Assembly: GCA_950097015.1 (NCBI GenBank)
Contig: CATNEN010000025.1
Span: 682,001-746,000 of the forward strand
Direction of reading: 5' to 3'
From: Macrostomum hystrix
Lineage: Eukaryota; Animalia; Platyhelminthes
DNA length: 64,000 nt
The translations under genes were made by a program, and so were the position numbers. The notes beneath the pieces were generated by a model. That model was not told where the DNA came from. It searched no databases and was given only the letters and a program-made list of their open reading frames with translations. Positions 34,501-46,500 of the stretch are shown piece after piece. Numbering within the stretch: the stretch's first letter is position 1; every line of letters begins with the position of its first letter.

Positions 34501-37500
34501 TGAGAGAATACTTGAATGCTTGTCGTGCAATTTACGTCCATAAGGCCCAACCCATAAGATTACGTAGAACCAGGGAGGATTCACCCCTAGACAATTTTTT
34601 GCTGCAACCGAACGGAGCAACGCAGGCACACGAAACTCAAGAACACGGGCCAAATTTTTGCGCATCTTCTGAAACAATAATCAAGTCGCCAGCTCTTCAG
34701 ACCGCCGAGATATTCAATGGTTCTGGCGAAAGGTCAGATTTTTCCCATAAGCGCTAGTGTATTTCATTCACCCATATAAACGAATCAGCACTGTGCCTCA
34801 GTGCGGCCTTGCCTGGCCTTCAAAATGTATCATCATGTCCCCCGAATGTGCATGCATCATCTCCGTGTTCGGCGGTCACCCACCTTTATCTAGACGGAGT
34901 GCTGGACCTTCAAGGGCTACAACAGGTGGAACTAGGCCACTATGGACACCCCGACGCTAAATTCTACAATTTCACCGATCAAGGCTAAATATTAGGCGCA
35001 GCTCAACCACAGGACAGCCTCGCCTAGTCTGTCAACCAATCAGTCACCACCCGACGCTGTTAGCATTCAGGCGCAGCCAAAAAATTTCAGGGGGCGGAAT
35101 CCCTTCCTTGATATAAAACGGGCGCCAAAATGGCTTGGTAGTCCTACTGTTAAGGCATAGTGAGAGTGGGTGTACACCACCTGACAATGAGAATGTACAA
35201 GGCAGTTGTCTGAGTGAGTGTGTGTATGCTCACTGGCTGCGGGTCTACTGTCACCAAATGTCAGTGTTGTATTCAGCACTAGCTGAGATTAGCTGAGAGT
35301 GATATGTAGTTATAAAAGTGGGAATAGCCAAAGTTCAGGTCATCCCAGGTCGGGTCAACTGGTGGCTGCGGGTGTTAGGACGAGAATCAGCCGCTAGACC
35401 AAAGCAGAGGGATTGGCCGTGGGGGGTCCAAATGAAAGATTATGCCGGGTTTTCATCGACAGCTGGTAGAAAAGTCCGACTGTACAGTGCGCTTTTAGCC
35501 GTCTAGATATGTAGCCATTTCGAGCCGCATTCCAATGGAATTGCAAAGGGGATTATTGTGTGCCACTTGTCTGTAATAGTATACATTGCTACTATAATAA
35601 GCTGACTATTTGCCCGCGTCAAATCCTGTCAAATCCAATTAGCGCAGATCCATGATCCACAGTTTCTTGCTGAAAGAAGTGCTTTCCTACACTATTTACA
35701 GGATGGCGATGAAAATTCCCTGTTTAACTTTGTGCTAGATGATAACGATTCAATGTGGCCATTCTGCCCTGAGAATTCTGCTTAATAATTATCCCTTAAA
35801 CCTTTCCTTCCTAAGTTCCTCTGCCTTGTCCCCCGTAGTGTGCGTATCTGACCGTACAACTGGTCTCTTTAAGTTAGAATTGGCCTCCCAGTTTCTGCTT
35901 TCCATCAGATGAAGCGCGAAGCAAAGTCTAGTTTAGTTCGATCGAATCATTCGGCTTAGCTGCTGACTCATCGATCACGTTTAGCTTGTTAATTAAATAA
36001 GCTGAAAGGTAAGTAGTATGGATGGGTCGGAAATTTGTATAGCTTAATAAAAAAAAGAATTTTATTAACACCTATTTAGGCTTAGGCTTGGTAATATAAA
36101 ATAGTTAATATAATAGGTAAAATAATAGGTAATGTAAAATCTGTAGCTTCTCTAAAACAGTTATGAAGAAAATCGCAGTACTTGCTCCCGATATGTATCG
36201 AAAAACTGAACTCATGTACAATATTTTAGCTAATTGAAAATATAATAGCCAAGGTTTTCTGATCCGATATGTTTCGAAAATTGTTAAATTTATACGGTTT
36301 AATTAGCCATACAGCGGTTCATTATATCGTGGGTGGAGAAATTAATTTTTTTTCGCATAGATTTTCTACGAACTCCTGATTCCAGATAGCGTCGATAGAC
36401 CTAAAATTAACCCATTTTCATAAATTCCTCTGTGGTATAAATATATATCAGCAATCAGATGTATATCGCGAAGTCGCAAATGCTGATAAATGTTGGGCGC
36501 GGCTATCCTCAGCGTTGGGATTTAGGACCAATATAATAATAGGCATGAGAATTTGTCTGATTGCTTTGCTCATAAAGGCAACTATTCATTTCTCGAAACT
36601 GGCGTTCTTACTTTTGACTACTGGGTGATGAGATGGGAAGACAGGAGCATGGGAACTGGGCCGATTTTTCCTCTCCCTTTCGCTATCATTTCATCCTAGA
36701 TCCCGGCTCATTGGGATGCCATGCTCCAGCTCGACATCCCATCGTGAGCTGTAATTTATTGGCTGATCTTATACTGAGAAAATATTCTGGACATAGCCCA
36801 AAGGGCTGGGTTGGAGTATGAAGCAAATACATTTTTTGCCTTTTATGTAATCTGTTCCTGTGTGTATGCAATTAATATGCAGTCATGAAACGTTTTCTCT
36901 CACCCTTCATTAGCTTAGTTAGCTTTGAAAAAGAAATACTAAAAAGAGTATTTTTAAGCTAACGTCTGGGCTTAATTTGTATGCGTTTCCTAGAAAGTCG
37001 TCAATGAAAAAATATTTCGTCGCAAGCAGGATTCGAACCTGCGCGGGGAAACCCCATTGGATTTCGAGTCCAACGCCTTAACCACTCGGCCATCGCGACT
37101 TGCTCAACTGTCATGAACAGAATAACTATTTATACATAGTTAGCTTGCTTCAACTACTGTTAGTAGAAATACAAGAATATAGTTATATAAATTCTATGAA
37201 TTGTTCTGAATCTTCAGAGAGCTTAGTCGAGAAGCGACGCTACCCGGACACCCAGTGCCTTGCGCCGCACCTATTGGAAGGCTTTCCTTCTGGCTGGCAG
37301 CACGCTGATCGGGTGCCCGGTCAGCTGGGCAAGCTTAACGAAGACTTCCTGCGTCACCGACCGTTGGGCTCGCATTATCCGGGCCTATTGCAGGCCAAAG
37401 ATTTAAAACGAATCAAGCGAGTCAATCAGCGCGTTCGAGCTGTGCAGCATCTCAAGATTCTGTCCGAACGGCGCGAGGTGAGTTAGGCTGGCAATTCTTA

Positions 37501-40500
37501 TACAAATTCCATATAACTATGCAATACAGGTCGATTTTACAGAGGTCCGCACTGCAAAGCTGTAAATATTAGTTAGTGTCACACTTTAATCGGACAGGCA
37601 TGCTATTAAGTTCTGTTCTGACTCGCAGAGTTTTTCTGACCAGTTGGCATTTCTAGTTGTTTTAGGAAATATTTGTGTTTTTGTTAGAATCGGTTTCTTC
37701 GTTTATGCATGCAATATATTTCAATATATTGAGGGGATAGATTATTTCACAGGCCAGTAAAATGGATGTCAGGATTAGCTGGGGTAGAAATCCTGCCTAT
37801 TTGACTGTGTACACAGCCTTTAGTTTACTGGCTGTACATTTGGCACAATTGGGCCAAATTATTACATTATACATTATACAAGGCGATTTTTAACACTTAA
37901 GTTTTACTATTATCAAACAAAAGTAATAATATTTCAATACTATTTTCTCAATTCCGATGCAGAAGGAGTTGGCGGAAAAGCATGCAAAAATGTGGATTGT
38001 AAGTTGTGCTTTGTGTCGCCAAACGTTTTCATCCTCTTGTTTGATTGCTTTCTCAGTTGTTCTGTGTAATTTTTTATTCCTCTATTAACTCCGTGCAATG
38101 ACCTCTCGCTGATTTTGTTGCTTTAAATTGTATAAAATTTAGATTTTTCTATACATATCGGTGAAATTTTCAAAGTTAGCCTAGTTATGAAAAATTATTC
38201 ACTTAAATAACAGTTGCAACAAATTTTTAAGACAAAAAATAAGGTCCTGATCTAATAGAAGTCTCGGAAGTTATTATGCAAAAAACATTTCGTCTGAATT
38301 TATTAATATTACCTATGTTTACCTTTAGCCTTTGATTTTTTTTAAGTGTTAGCTTTTTATAGTCTTTGTTTCGGTCTGCTGGTGTCTGTGTGCATGACTT
38401 AAAAACATTTCGAGTTGATTTGCATGACAATATTGACTTGCATCACATCGATTGACATATCAGATAAAGTATTTTATATCGCATTTATATGCCCTTTTTA
38501 TTTCTTTGCGGAATAAGTATTATGATCACTGCCAAAATGTATGAAATAGTTTTAAATATGAATAAACCCCCCCAGCTTTGTTACCTTGAGTATTCCATTG
38601 CTTGTGATTGCATGTGAACCCCATTGCTGATTAGTTTATAGATTCTTTGATTTATACCTTGTTGTAGATAATGTAGATAATAAAGTAGGGTTATAAAATC
38701 CACAACCGCGCAATTTACGCTACTAATAGTAGGCAGCCTATTAATACTCATATTCTATCAACCCCATCGCCCCGCCACGGCAGAAGTACATGCAGGAGAA
38801 TCGGGTTAAATCTCTACGCCAGCCCAACCTGTCCGACATGGCGCCCTCCGTCATGGCCCAGACCAACTGGAAGTTTGTTGAAGCCCTGCTCAAAGAGTGC
38901 AAAAGCAAGGTGGGTTGGGCCATATTCGGCTCTATATCTCCTCACCTAAATAGCTGGTTTCCACATGGGTTTGTATGCTTCCCAGTCCACCTAATCTACT
39001 CCAGTCCACCTAATCTATTCCAGTCCACCTAATCTATTCCAGTCCACCTAATCTATTCCAGTTCACCTAATCTATTCCAGTCCACCTAATCTATTCCAGT
39101 CCACCTAATCTATTCCAGTCCACCTAATCTATTCCAGTCCACCTAATCTATTCCAGTCCACCTAATCTATTCCAGTCCACCTAATCTACTCCAGTCCACC
39201 TAATCTATTCCAGTCCACCTAATCTATTCCAGTCCACCTAATCTATTCCAGTCCACCTAATCTACTCCAGTCCACTAATCTATTCCAGTCCACCTAATCT
39301 ATTCCAGTCCACCTAATCTACTCCAGTACACCTAATCTACTCCAGTCCACCTAATCTACTCCAAATCTATTTAATCTAGCCAATGTCTACCCCAGTCTAA
39401 CCAATGTACCCCAATCTAGCTACCAGTACTATTCTCGCAATCTACCTTATCCACCCCCAGTTTACCTAATCCACCCCAGTTTACCTTATCCACCCCCAGT
39501 TTACCTAATCCACCCCCAGTTTACCTAATCCACCCCCAGTTTACCTTATCCACCCCCAGTTTACCTAATCCACCCCCAGTTTACCTAATCCACCCCAGTT
39601 TACCTAATCCACCCCCAGTTTACCTAATCCACCCCCAGTTTATCTAATCTACCCCAGTTTATCTAATCCACCCCCAGTTTATCTAATCCACCCCCAGTTT
39701 ACCTAATCCACCCCCAGTTTACCTTATCCACCCCCAGTTTACCTTATCCACCCCCAGTTTACCTAATCCACCCCCAGTTTACCTAATCCACCCCAGTTTA
39801 CCTAATCCGCCCCCAGTTTACCTAATCCACCCCCAGTTTACCTAATCCACCCCCAGTTTACCTAATCCACCCCCAGTTTACCTAATCCACCCCCAGTTTA
39901 CCTAATCCACCCCCATTTTACCTAATCCACCCCCAGTTTATCTAATCCACCCCCAGTTTATCTAATCTACCCCAGTTTATCTAATCTACCCCAGTCTAAC
40001 ACTCTACCCCCATGTACCTCATCTACTCCCAGCATACCTAATCTGCCTAATCTGCCCCCAGTCTTCCTAACCTACCCACAGTCTAACTAATCTATTCTCA
40101 ATCTATCTAATCCATCCGTGTCGTTCCGCTCCAGACGAAGCGAATGGTGGTTGAGAAGATGGGCCACGAGGCCCTGGAGCTCGGCCACACGGATATCGAA
40201 CTCAGCGGCGTGGAAGAGAACACTCTGGTTGCCGGCCTGTGCGACCTTCTTGAGCGCATCTGGTCCCACGGTTTGAGCAGCCGGCACGGCAAGTCGGCCC
40301 TGTGGTCCCACCTGAACCTGTTTTATAGCCGCGAGATGGAACTGAGCCGACTAAGGCGCCAGATTCCCCAGCCTCAGAGGGTGCACCAACTCAATCCCGG
40401 TATGTGCAGTGCGCAGTTTTATCAAGTAAACTCTTTCAAAATGAAAAGCATTTTGATTGAAATATTAAATCATTTATATTTAAAAATAGAACGAATTTGT

Positions 40501-43500
40501 TTTGTTAAAATGTTTTGAGATGTTGCAGCCTAGTGGTTAGGGCGTCGGACTCAAGACTTGAAGGTCGGGGGTTCGATTTTCGACTCTACTGGAACAATTT
40601 GCGTTCTTTAGCAAGACACTCTGCATTGCTTCTCTAGTGTTAAATAGGTGCCAGCATCAGTTGGGGTAGCTGAGAGTCCATGGACTGAACAGCAGTGCGA
40701 GGCCTTTAGATGCGAACAAAAAAAATTAGTTAAACTTTGATTTTCTTTGACAGTAATTTTTTCCGTCACTAGGGTAATAAATTTGTGTACTTTAAAGACA
40801 CAAATTGATCATCTTACTGCTTTTTTGTTTTATTTCAAATAAACGCAATTTAAATCTTTGCTTTAATGTATTTGAAACACTTTTTTCTCGCATTTTAGCT
40901 CAATAGCATAGAGAAGGTTATGAAAGTAGTTTTATAACTTAAACTATTACTATTCACTTTTCATTTCATGTGTAAATCGCGACCAACCAATTCTCTATTT
41001 TCTTGTGTGTAATATTAAAAGAAAAACAACATGTTTATTTGCAGAGGCCAGCCCTATTAGGCATCGTGTTAAAGAGGCCCTTACCAATATGGGCATGGAT
41101 CAATACTCTGTGTTCAAATTTTTCAACGGTCAGTTTTTAAGGATTGGTTAAAATATTTTTTCTATTGTAATTTTGCATGTTTTTTGCATGCACTTAAAAG
41201 CGGGCTCCGAGGTTGCACTTTACTTGTCGGAAATGCACTTTTTGTAAAACATTGCTTAATAATTATATATTTTCTGACTACTAACTGTTTTAAATAATAA
41301 GTAGTATTTATAATTTCACGTTTTAGTCTAATTATAACAACTTCTCTAGCCCTTTATAATTTACTTATCGTTGTTTTAGTGCTTGAATATTTATCACTGC
41401 AAGTTGTGTGTGATGGTTAGTTTAAAAAATGCTTTTGAGTAAATTGCCTTTATTGCATCAGTAACAAATTCAGTTTAACTTTACTAACATTGCTACTAAT
41501 GGTAGTGTAGTTAAGGCTTGGCTAAACGTTTGAGTATTTGCCCGTGTTTTAGGCAAGTGTCAAATAATATTTATTTTTACAAACTTATATTTTGTCGTGG
41601 TGTTTTTGTTATGTCGATTTACCCTAATATTTCAACCGAATTAACTGGGCTTCATAATCTTTAAAGTTTAATGATCGTTTTTAGTCGCACTAATTGCTTC
41701 TCATTCTAGTAATTTAATTAATTCTCCAGCTCTTATGATTCTTGTCATTGTCCTTCGTGTTAATTTGAAACTAGTCATAAAGTAATCAAATTATCATCAC
41801 ACTGGTCATAACCCCACCATTCAGTTGGTCTGAGACTAGTCATTAATCCACTATCTTGTCATTCCTTTCTAGTCGACCCAATTAGTTCGCGTTTTGGCTT
41901 GGGCTTCTAACTCTGAATCTGATAAGCACTTATGAGGCTAATTATAATTATAGATACTTAAAAACTCCGTCCCAAAAATCAGAGACTAGTAGCCCGTCTG
42001 GCCAACCGGACGCGGCTGTGCGCCGCGACCTCTATTCGTCCTTGAAACGATCACGCGGAGGAGGCGTGCGCAGCGGCGACCTAGCCGGGGTATTTGGCCA
42101 GCCGCCAGTTAATCTATTGGATGACATTCACTTGGTCCGCCAACTAAAAGAGGTTCACACCGACGTTGGCAAATCTAGAGCATTTGTCCGGCTAGCCCTG
42201 GAGAAGAAGCTGCTGCATGCTCACATCAAACGGCTACTCAGCGACTCTCAGCTGCTCAGAGAGTTGTATAAACGATTCGCCTTCCTGCGCTGCGAAGAGG
42301 AGCGCGAGCAATTCCTCTTTCATCTGTTGTCGCTCAATGCCGTTGATTATTTTTCGTTCAGTTTGAGTCTGCCATCTACTACCATGCTCTACCGGGTATT
42401 TATCTACTCTGGTGAGTTATAATTGATTAAACTTAAAAATATGTTTGGTATTCCGATATGTATCGAATATTTAAATTTAGGTTATCTGAGGCGATGTCGC
42501 TTTAGTTTAAAATATTTTCAGCACCCGATATGTGTTAAAATAAATATTGAACTGTATTATTCGATTGCCGAATCGTTTTTAATCGACTGATACGTCCGGA
42601 AATCTTAATACCCTATATGTATCGAAAAACCATTAGCTAGTTTATCTTCTACTTTAGCTGGAGTAGCTGTTTTTTCCAAATTAGCCTATATGTATCGAAA
42701 ATTATATTGTTTAAGTCTTCTTAAGTATATAGCAGTCTGTACATTGGCTAGCTTTTACGTAAGCCAACTGAATTTCGTTCCCAAAGTAACTAAAAATAGA
42801 AAGGCTTCTCGACTTGTGAAAAAGCATCATCAATACGGACCTCAAAATCTATTCTTTTATTTTTCTCCTCCTTGACTTTTTCGTGAAACATTCCCTGCTT
42901 CCTTCTTGGCACGAAATTAAGGCCAGTCAATGCCGGGCATGAGTAGGATAGGGTTGGATGGAGGAGACAGGTAAGGCGACCAGGCTGCGGTCACTAATTA
43001 ATTGGTGTGTGGGTGGCTGACCATAAGGCGGTGGGCGAGGAGGCAGAAGGATGGAGGGACATTGGTCCAGACGTTCCCGAAAGTGATAGCCCTTCTCTGG
43101 CTCACGCTTGGCTAGAGCCTTAATGAAACTGTCTTTTTTTGCTTTGGCCCCTTTGATCAGGCACCCTAGAAGTCCAAAGAATATCTCTCTATCTTGTACA
43201 TTTACTTAGTGAGGCCTAACCCTGTGTTTCGCATATTCTTAGATCGGCCGACTGATCTTTGCCGACTGAGGCATCATATTGCGCGACAGTTGACCCGAAG
43301 ACAATGCTCCAATTGTGCTGTAGCTTGTCCTTGCTTCCTCTCATCTGGGGGGATATCCTAAATGCTACGGTTCAAAAATAAATTCTAAATATGTTATCCT
43401 AACCTTATAGTTAGCATTTGGTGTATTGTATGAAAAAATTCTGTAGAATCATCTTGCATATGCCCACCTGATGCTCCAGCTCTATCTCTTACAATGTGGC

Positions 43501-46500
43501 AGTTAATTATTTATGCGCAGAAAACTAGAGCACATTTTTTATCATTTTTTAAACATTATTTTCTTCATCTAGCTAGACTAACTGAGTGAGCGAGTTTTCA
43601 GAATTATTTTGTTGCACTAAAATAAGATTAACAATACTAATCCAAAATACTTGATCGAAAATCCCTAGAGCATCTGTAATCCAAAATTAGATTTTTACCT
43701 CAATCCTACATGAGAATCCAAGATCCCTAATCCCACAGCAGAATCATGGATCCCTAATCCCACAGCAGAATCCTAGATCCCTAATCCCACAGCAGAATCA
43801 TGGATCCCTAATCCCACAGCAGAATCCTAGATCCCTAATCCCACAGCAGAATCATGGATCCCTAATCCCACAGCAGAATCCTAGATCCCTATTCCCACAG
43901 CAGAATCATGGATCCCTAATCCCACAGCAGAATCCTAGATCCCTAATCCCACAGCAGAATCCTAGATCCCTAATCCCACAACAGAATCATGGATCCCTAA
44001 TCCCACACCAGAATCCTAGATCCCTAATCCCACAACAGAATCCTAGATCCCTAATCCCACAGCAGAATCCTAGATCCCTAATCCCACAGCAGAATCCTAG
44101 ATCCCTAATCCCACAGCAGAATCCTAGATCCCTAATCCCACAGCAGAATCCTAGATCCCTAATCCCACAGCAGAATCCTAGATCCCTAATCCCACAGCAG
44201 AATCCTAGATCCCTAATCCCACAGCAGAATCCTAGATCCCTAATCCCACAGCAGAATCATGGATCCCTAATCCCACAGCAGAATCCTAGATCCATAATCC
44301 CACAGCAGAATCATGGATCCCTAATCCCACAGCAGAATCCTAGATCCCTAATCCCACAGCAGAATCATGGATCCCTAATCCCACAGCAGAATCCTAGATC
44401 CCTAATCCCACAGCAGAATCCTAGATCCCTAATCCCACAACAGAATCCTAGATCCCTAATCCCACAGCAGAATCCTAGATCCCTAATCCCACAGCAGAAT
44501 CCTAGATCCCTATTCCCACAGCAGAATCATGGATCCCTAATCCCACAGCAGAATCCTAGATCCCTAATCCCACAGCAGAATCCTAGATCCCTAATCCCAC
44601 ATCAAAATCCTACGTCACAAAAACCAATCCTAACCTCACAATGTTTCAATGCAGTATCGAATGTCAAGCCTGAATCCCTGCAAATCAAACTTTCGTCAGG
44701 CAAGAAGTACAGTGGCGCCAGCACTTCGGCTACGGCCTGGTTCTGTCTGAACGGCCAGTTGGCCGACACCGGTCTGCTAGCCCTGCCCAAGGGTCAGATG
44801 CAGTTTCAGTTTCAGCACACCAACCTGGGAGGACTCACAACCCTGCGAATCGGGCATGACAACGCGGGCATCTCGCCGCGCTGGTTCGTAGAATTCGTCC
44901 TGGTGCAGAACGCTTACACCGGGCACGTCTATCGCTTCCACTGCGGCCGTTGGCTCGGCCGCGACGTTGACGACGGCAGCTCCGAGCGACTGTTGGTGGC
45001 CGAATTGCTCCGCACCTCCGGGCCGGGCCGACCCTCCGGCTCCGTGTCCGGCGGTCCCGGTGGCGGCGGCGTCGGCGGCACCCTCGGCAGGGAGCGCGGA
45101 CAGAGCGAGGAGCCTCCTGGGCTGGTTGGCGGCGGTTTCGGCGGATTCTTCGACGGCTACAGGACGCCGCCAAGCCGGTGCCGGAGTCCCAGTTTGAGCC
45201 GACGCGGCTCAACAACAACTGGCGACGTCGGCATCGGCGGCGGCATCGTTGGCGGCGCTTCAACGCCATCGACGCCGGGCGCGTCCGGGTCGGCGTCCGC
45301 CGCGGTGGCAACCTCGGAGTCCGCCCAGCAGGGTCTCAGCGACGCTGTTAACGCCGTTGTGAAATTCTTTCACGGCCGAGAGTGCCCGCTGCACCAGCTG
45401 ACCCTCCTACTGTGCGGCGACTGCGGCCTGGTGCCGGCCCTGGAGACCGCCCTGCAGATCGGCTTCCGCTCGGCCAGATTCTTCCACATGCGCCGGCTGT
45501 ACGTGTGGGACTTTATCGACAAGGCTGTGCACCACTGCCTGGGCCAGCTGGTCACCATGGAGCCAGGAAGGAAACTGGCCGCCACCGTGTTCTGCCGCTC
45601 CGCCAAGAGAATAGACAACTCGGCTAGCCTCGGCAAGGACGGAAAGCTGCAGGTCTGCCCTGCGCCACCTGTTCACCTGCGCCATCAATCAGCCTACCTA
45701 TCTATCTTATCAATCAGCCTACCTATCTATATTATCAATCAGCCTACCTATCTTATCAATCAGCCTACCTATCTTATCAATCAGCCTACCTATCTATATT
45801 ATCAATCAGCCTACCTATCTTATCAATCAGCCTACCTATCTTATCAATCAGCCTACCTATATTATCAATCAGCCTACCTATCTATATTATCAATCAGCCT
45901 ACCTATCTATATTATCAATCAGCCTACCTATCTATCTTATCAATCAGCCTACCTAACTATATTATCAATCAGCCTACCTATCTATCTTATCAATCAGCCT
46001 ACCTATCTTATCAATCAGCCTACCTATCTATCTTATCAATCAGCCTACCTATCTATATTATCAATCAGCCTACCTATCTATCTTATCAATCAGCCTACCT
46101 ATCTTATCAATCAGCCTACCTATCTTATCAATCAGCCTACCTATCTATCTTATCAATCAGCCTACCTATCTTATCAATCAGCCTACCTAACTTATCAATC
46201 AGCCTACCTATCTATCTTATCAATCAGCCTACCTATCTTATCAATCAGCCTACCTATCTATATTATCAATCAGCCTACCTATCTTATCAATCAGCCTACC
46301 TATCCTATCAATCAACCAACCTAGCCTACTAATAAAATCGCCTACCTAATCAATCAAATCGCCTACCTAATCAATCAAATCGCCTACCTAATCAATAAAA
46401 TCGCCTACCTAATCAATAAAATCACCTACCTAATCAATAAAATCACCTACCTAATCAATCAAATCACCCACCTAATCAATCAAATCACCTACCTAATCAA

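Noticed and set aside
42927-43205. 92-codon stop-free minus-strand frame in a DENND5 intron
   Set aside because: No start codon, convincing splice sites or recognisable domain; plausible by chance or as a transposon remnant.
45653-46324. C-terminal extension of ORF 44759 (YQSAYLS / INQPTYL repeats)
   Set aside because: Read-through past the donor at 45653 into an intronic minisatellite. The conserved RUN2 end is in exon 47500-47706.
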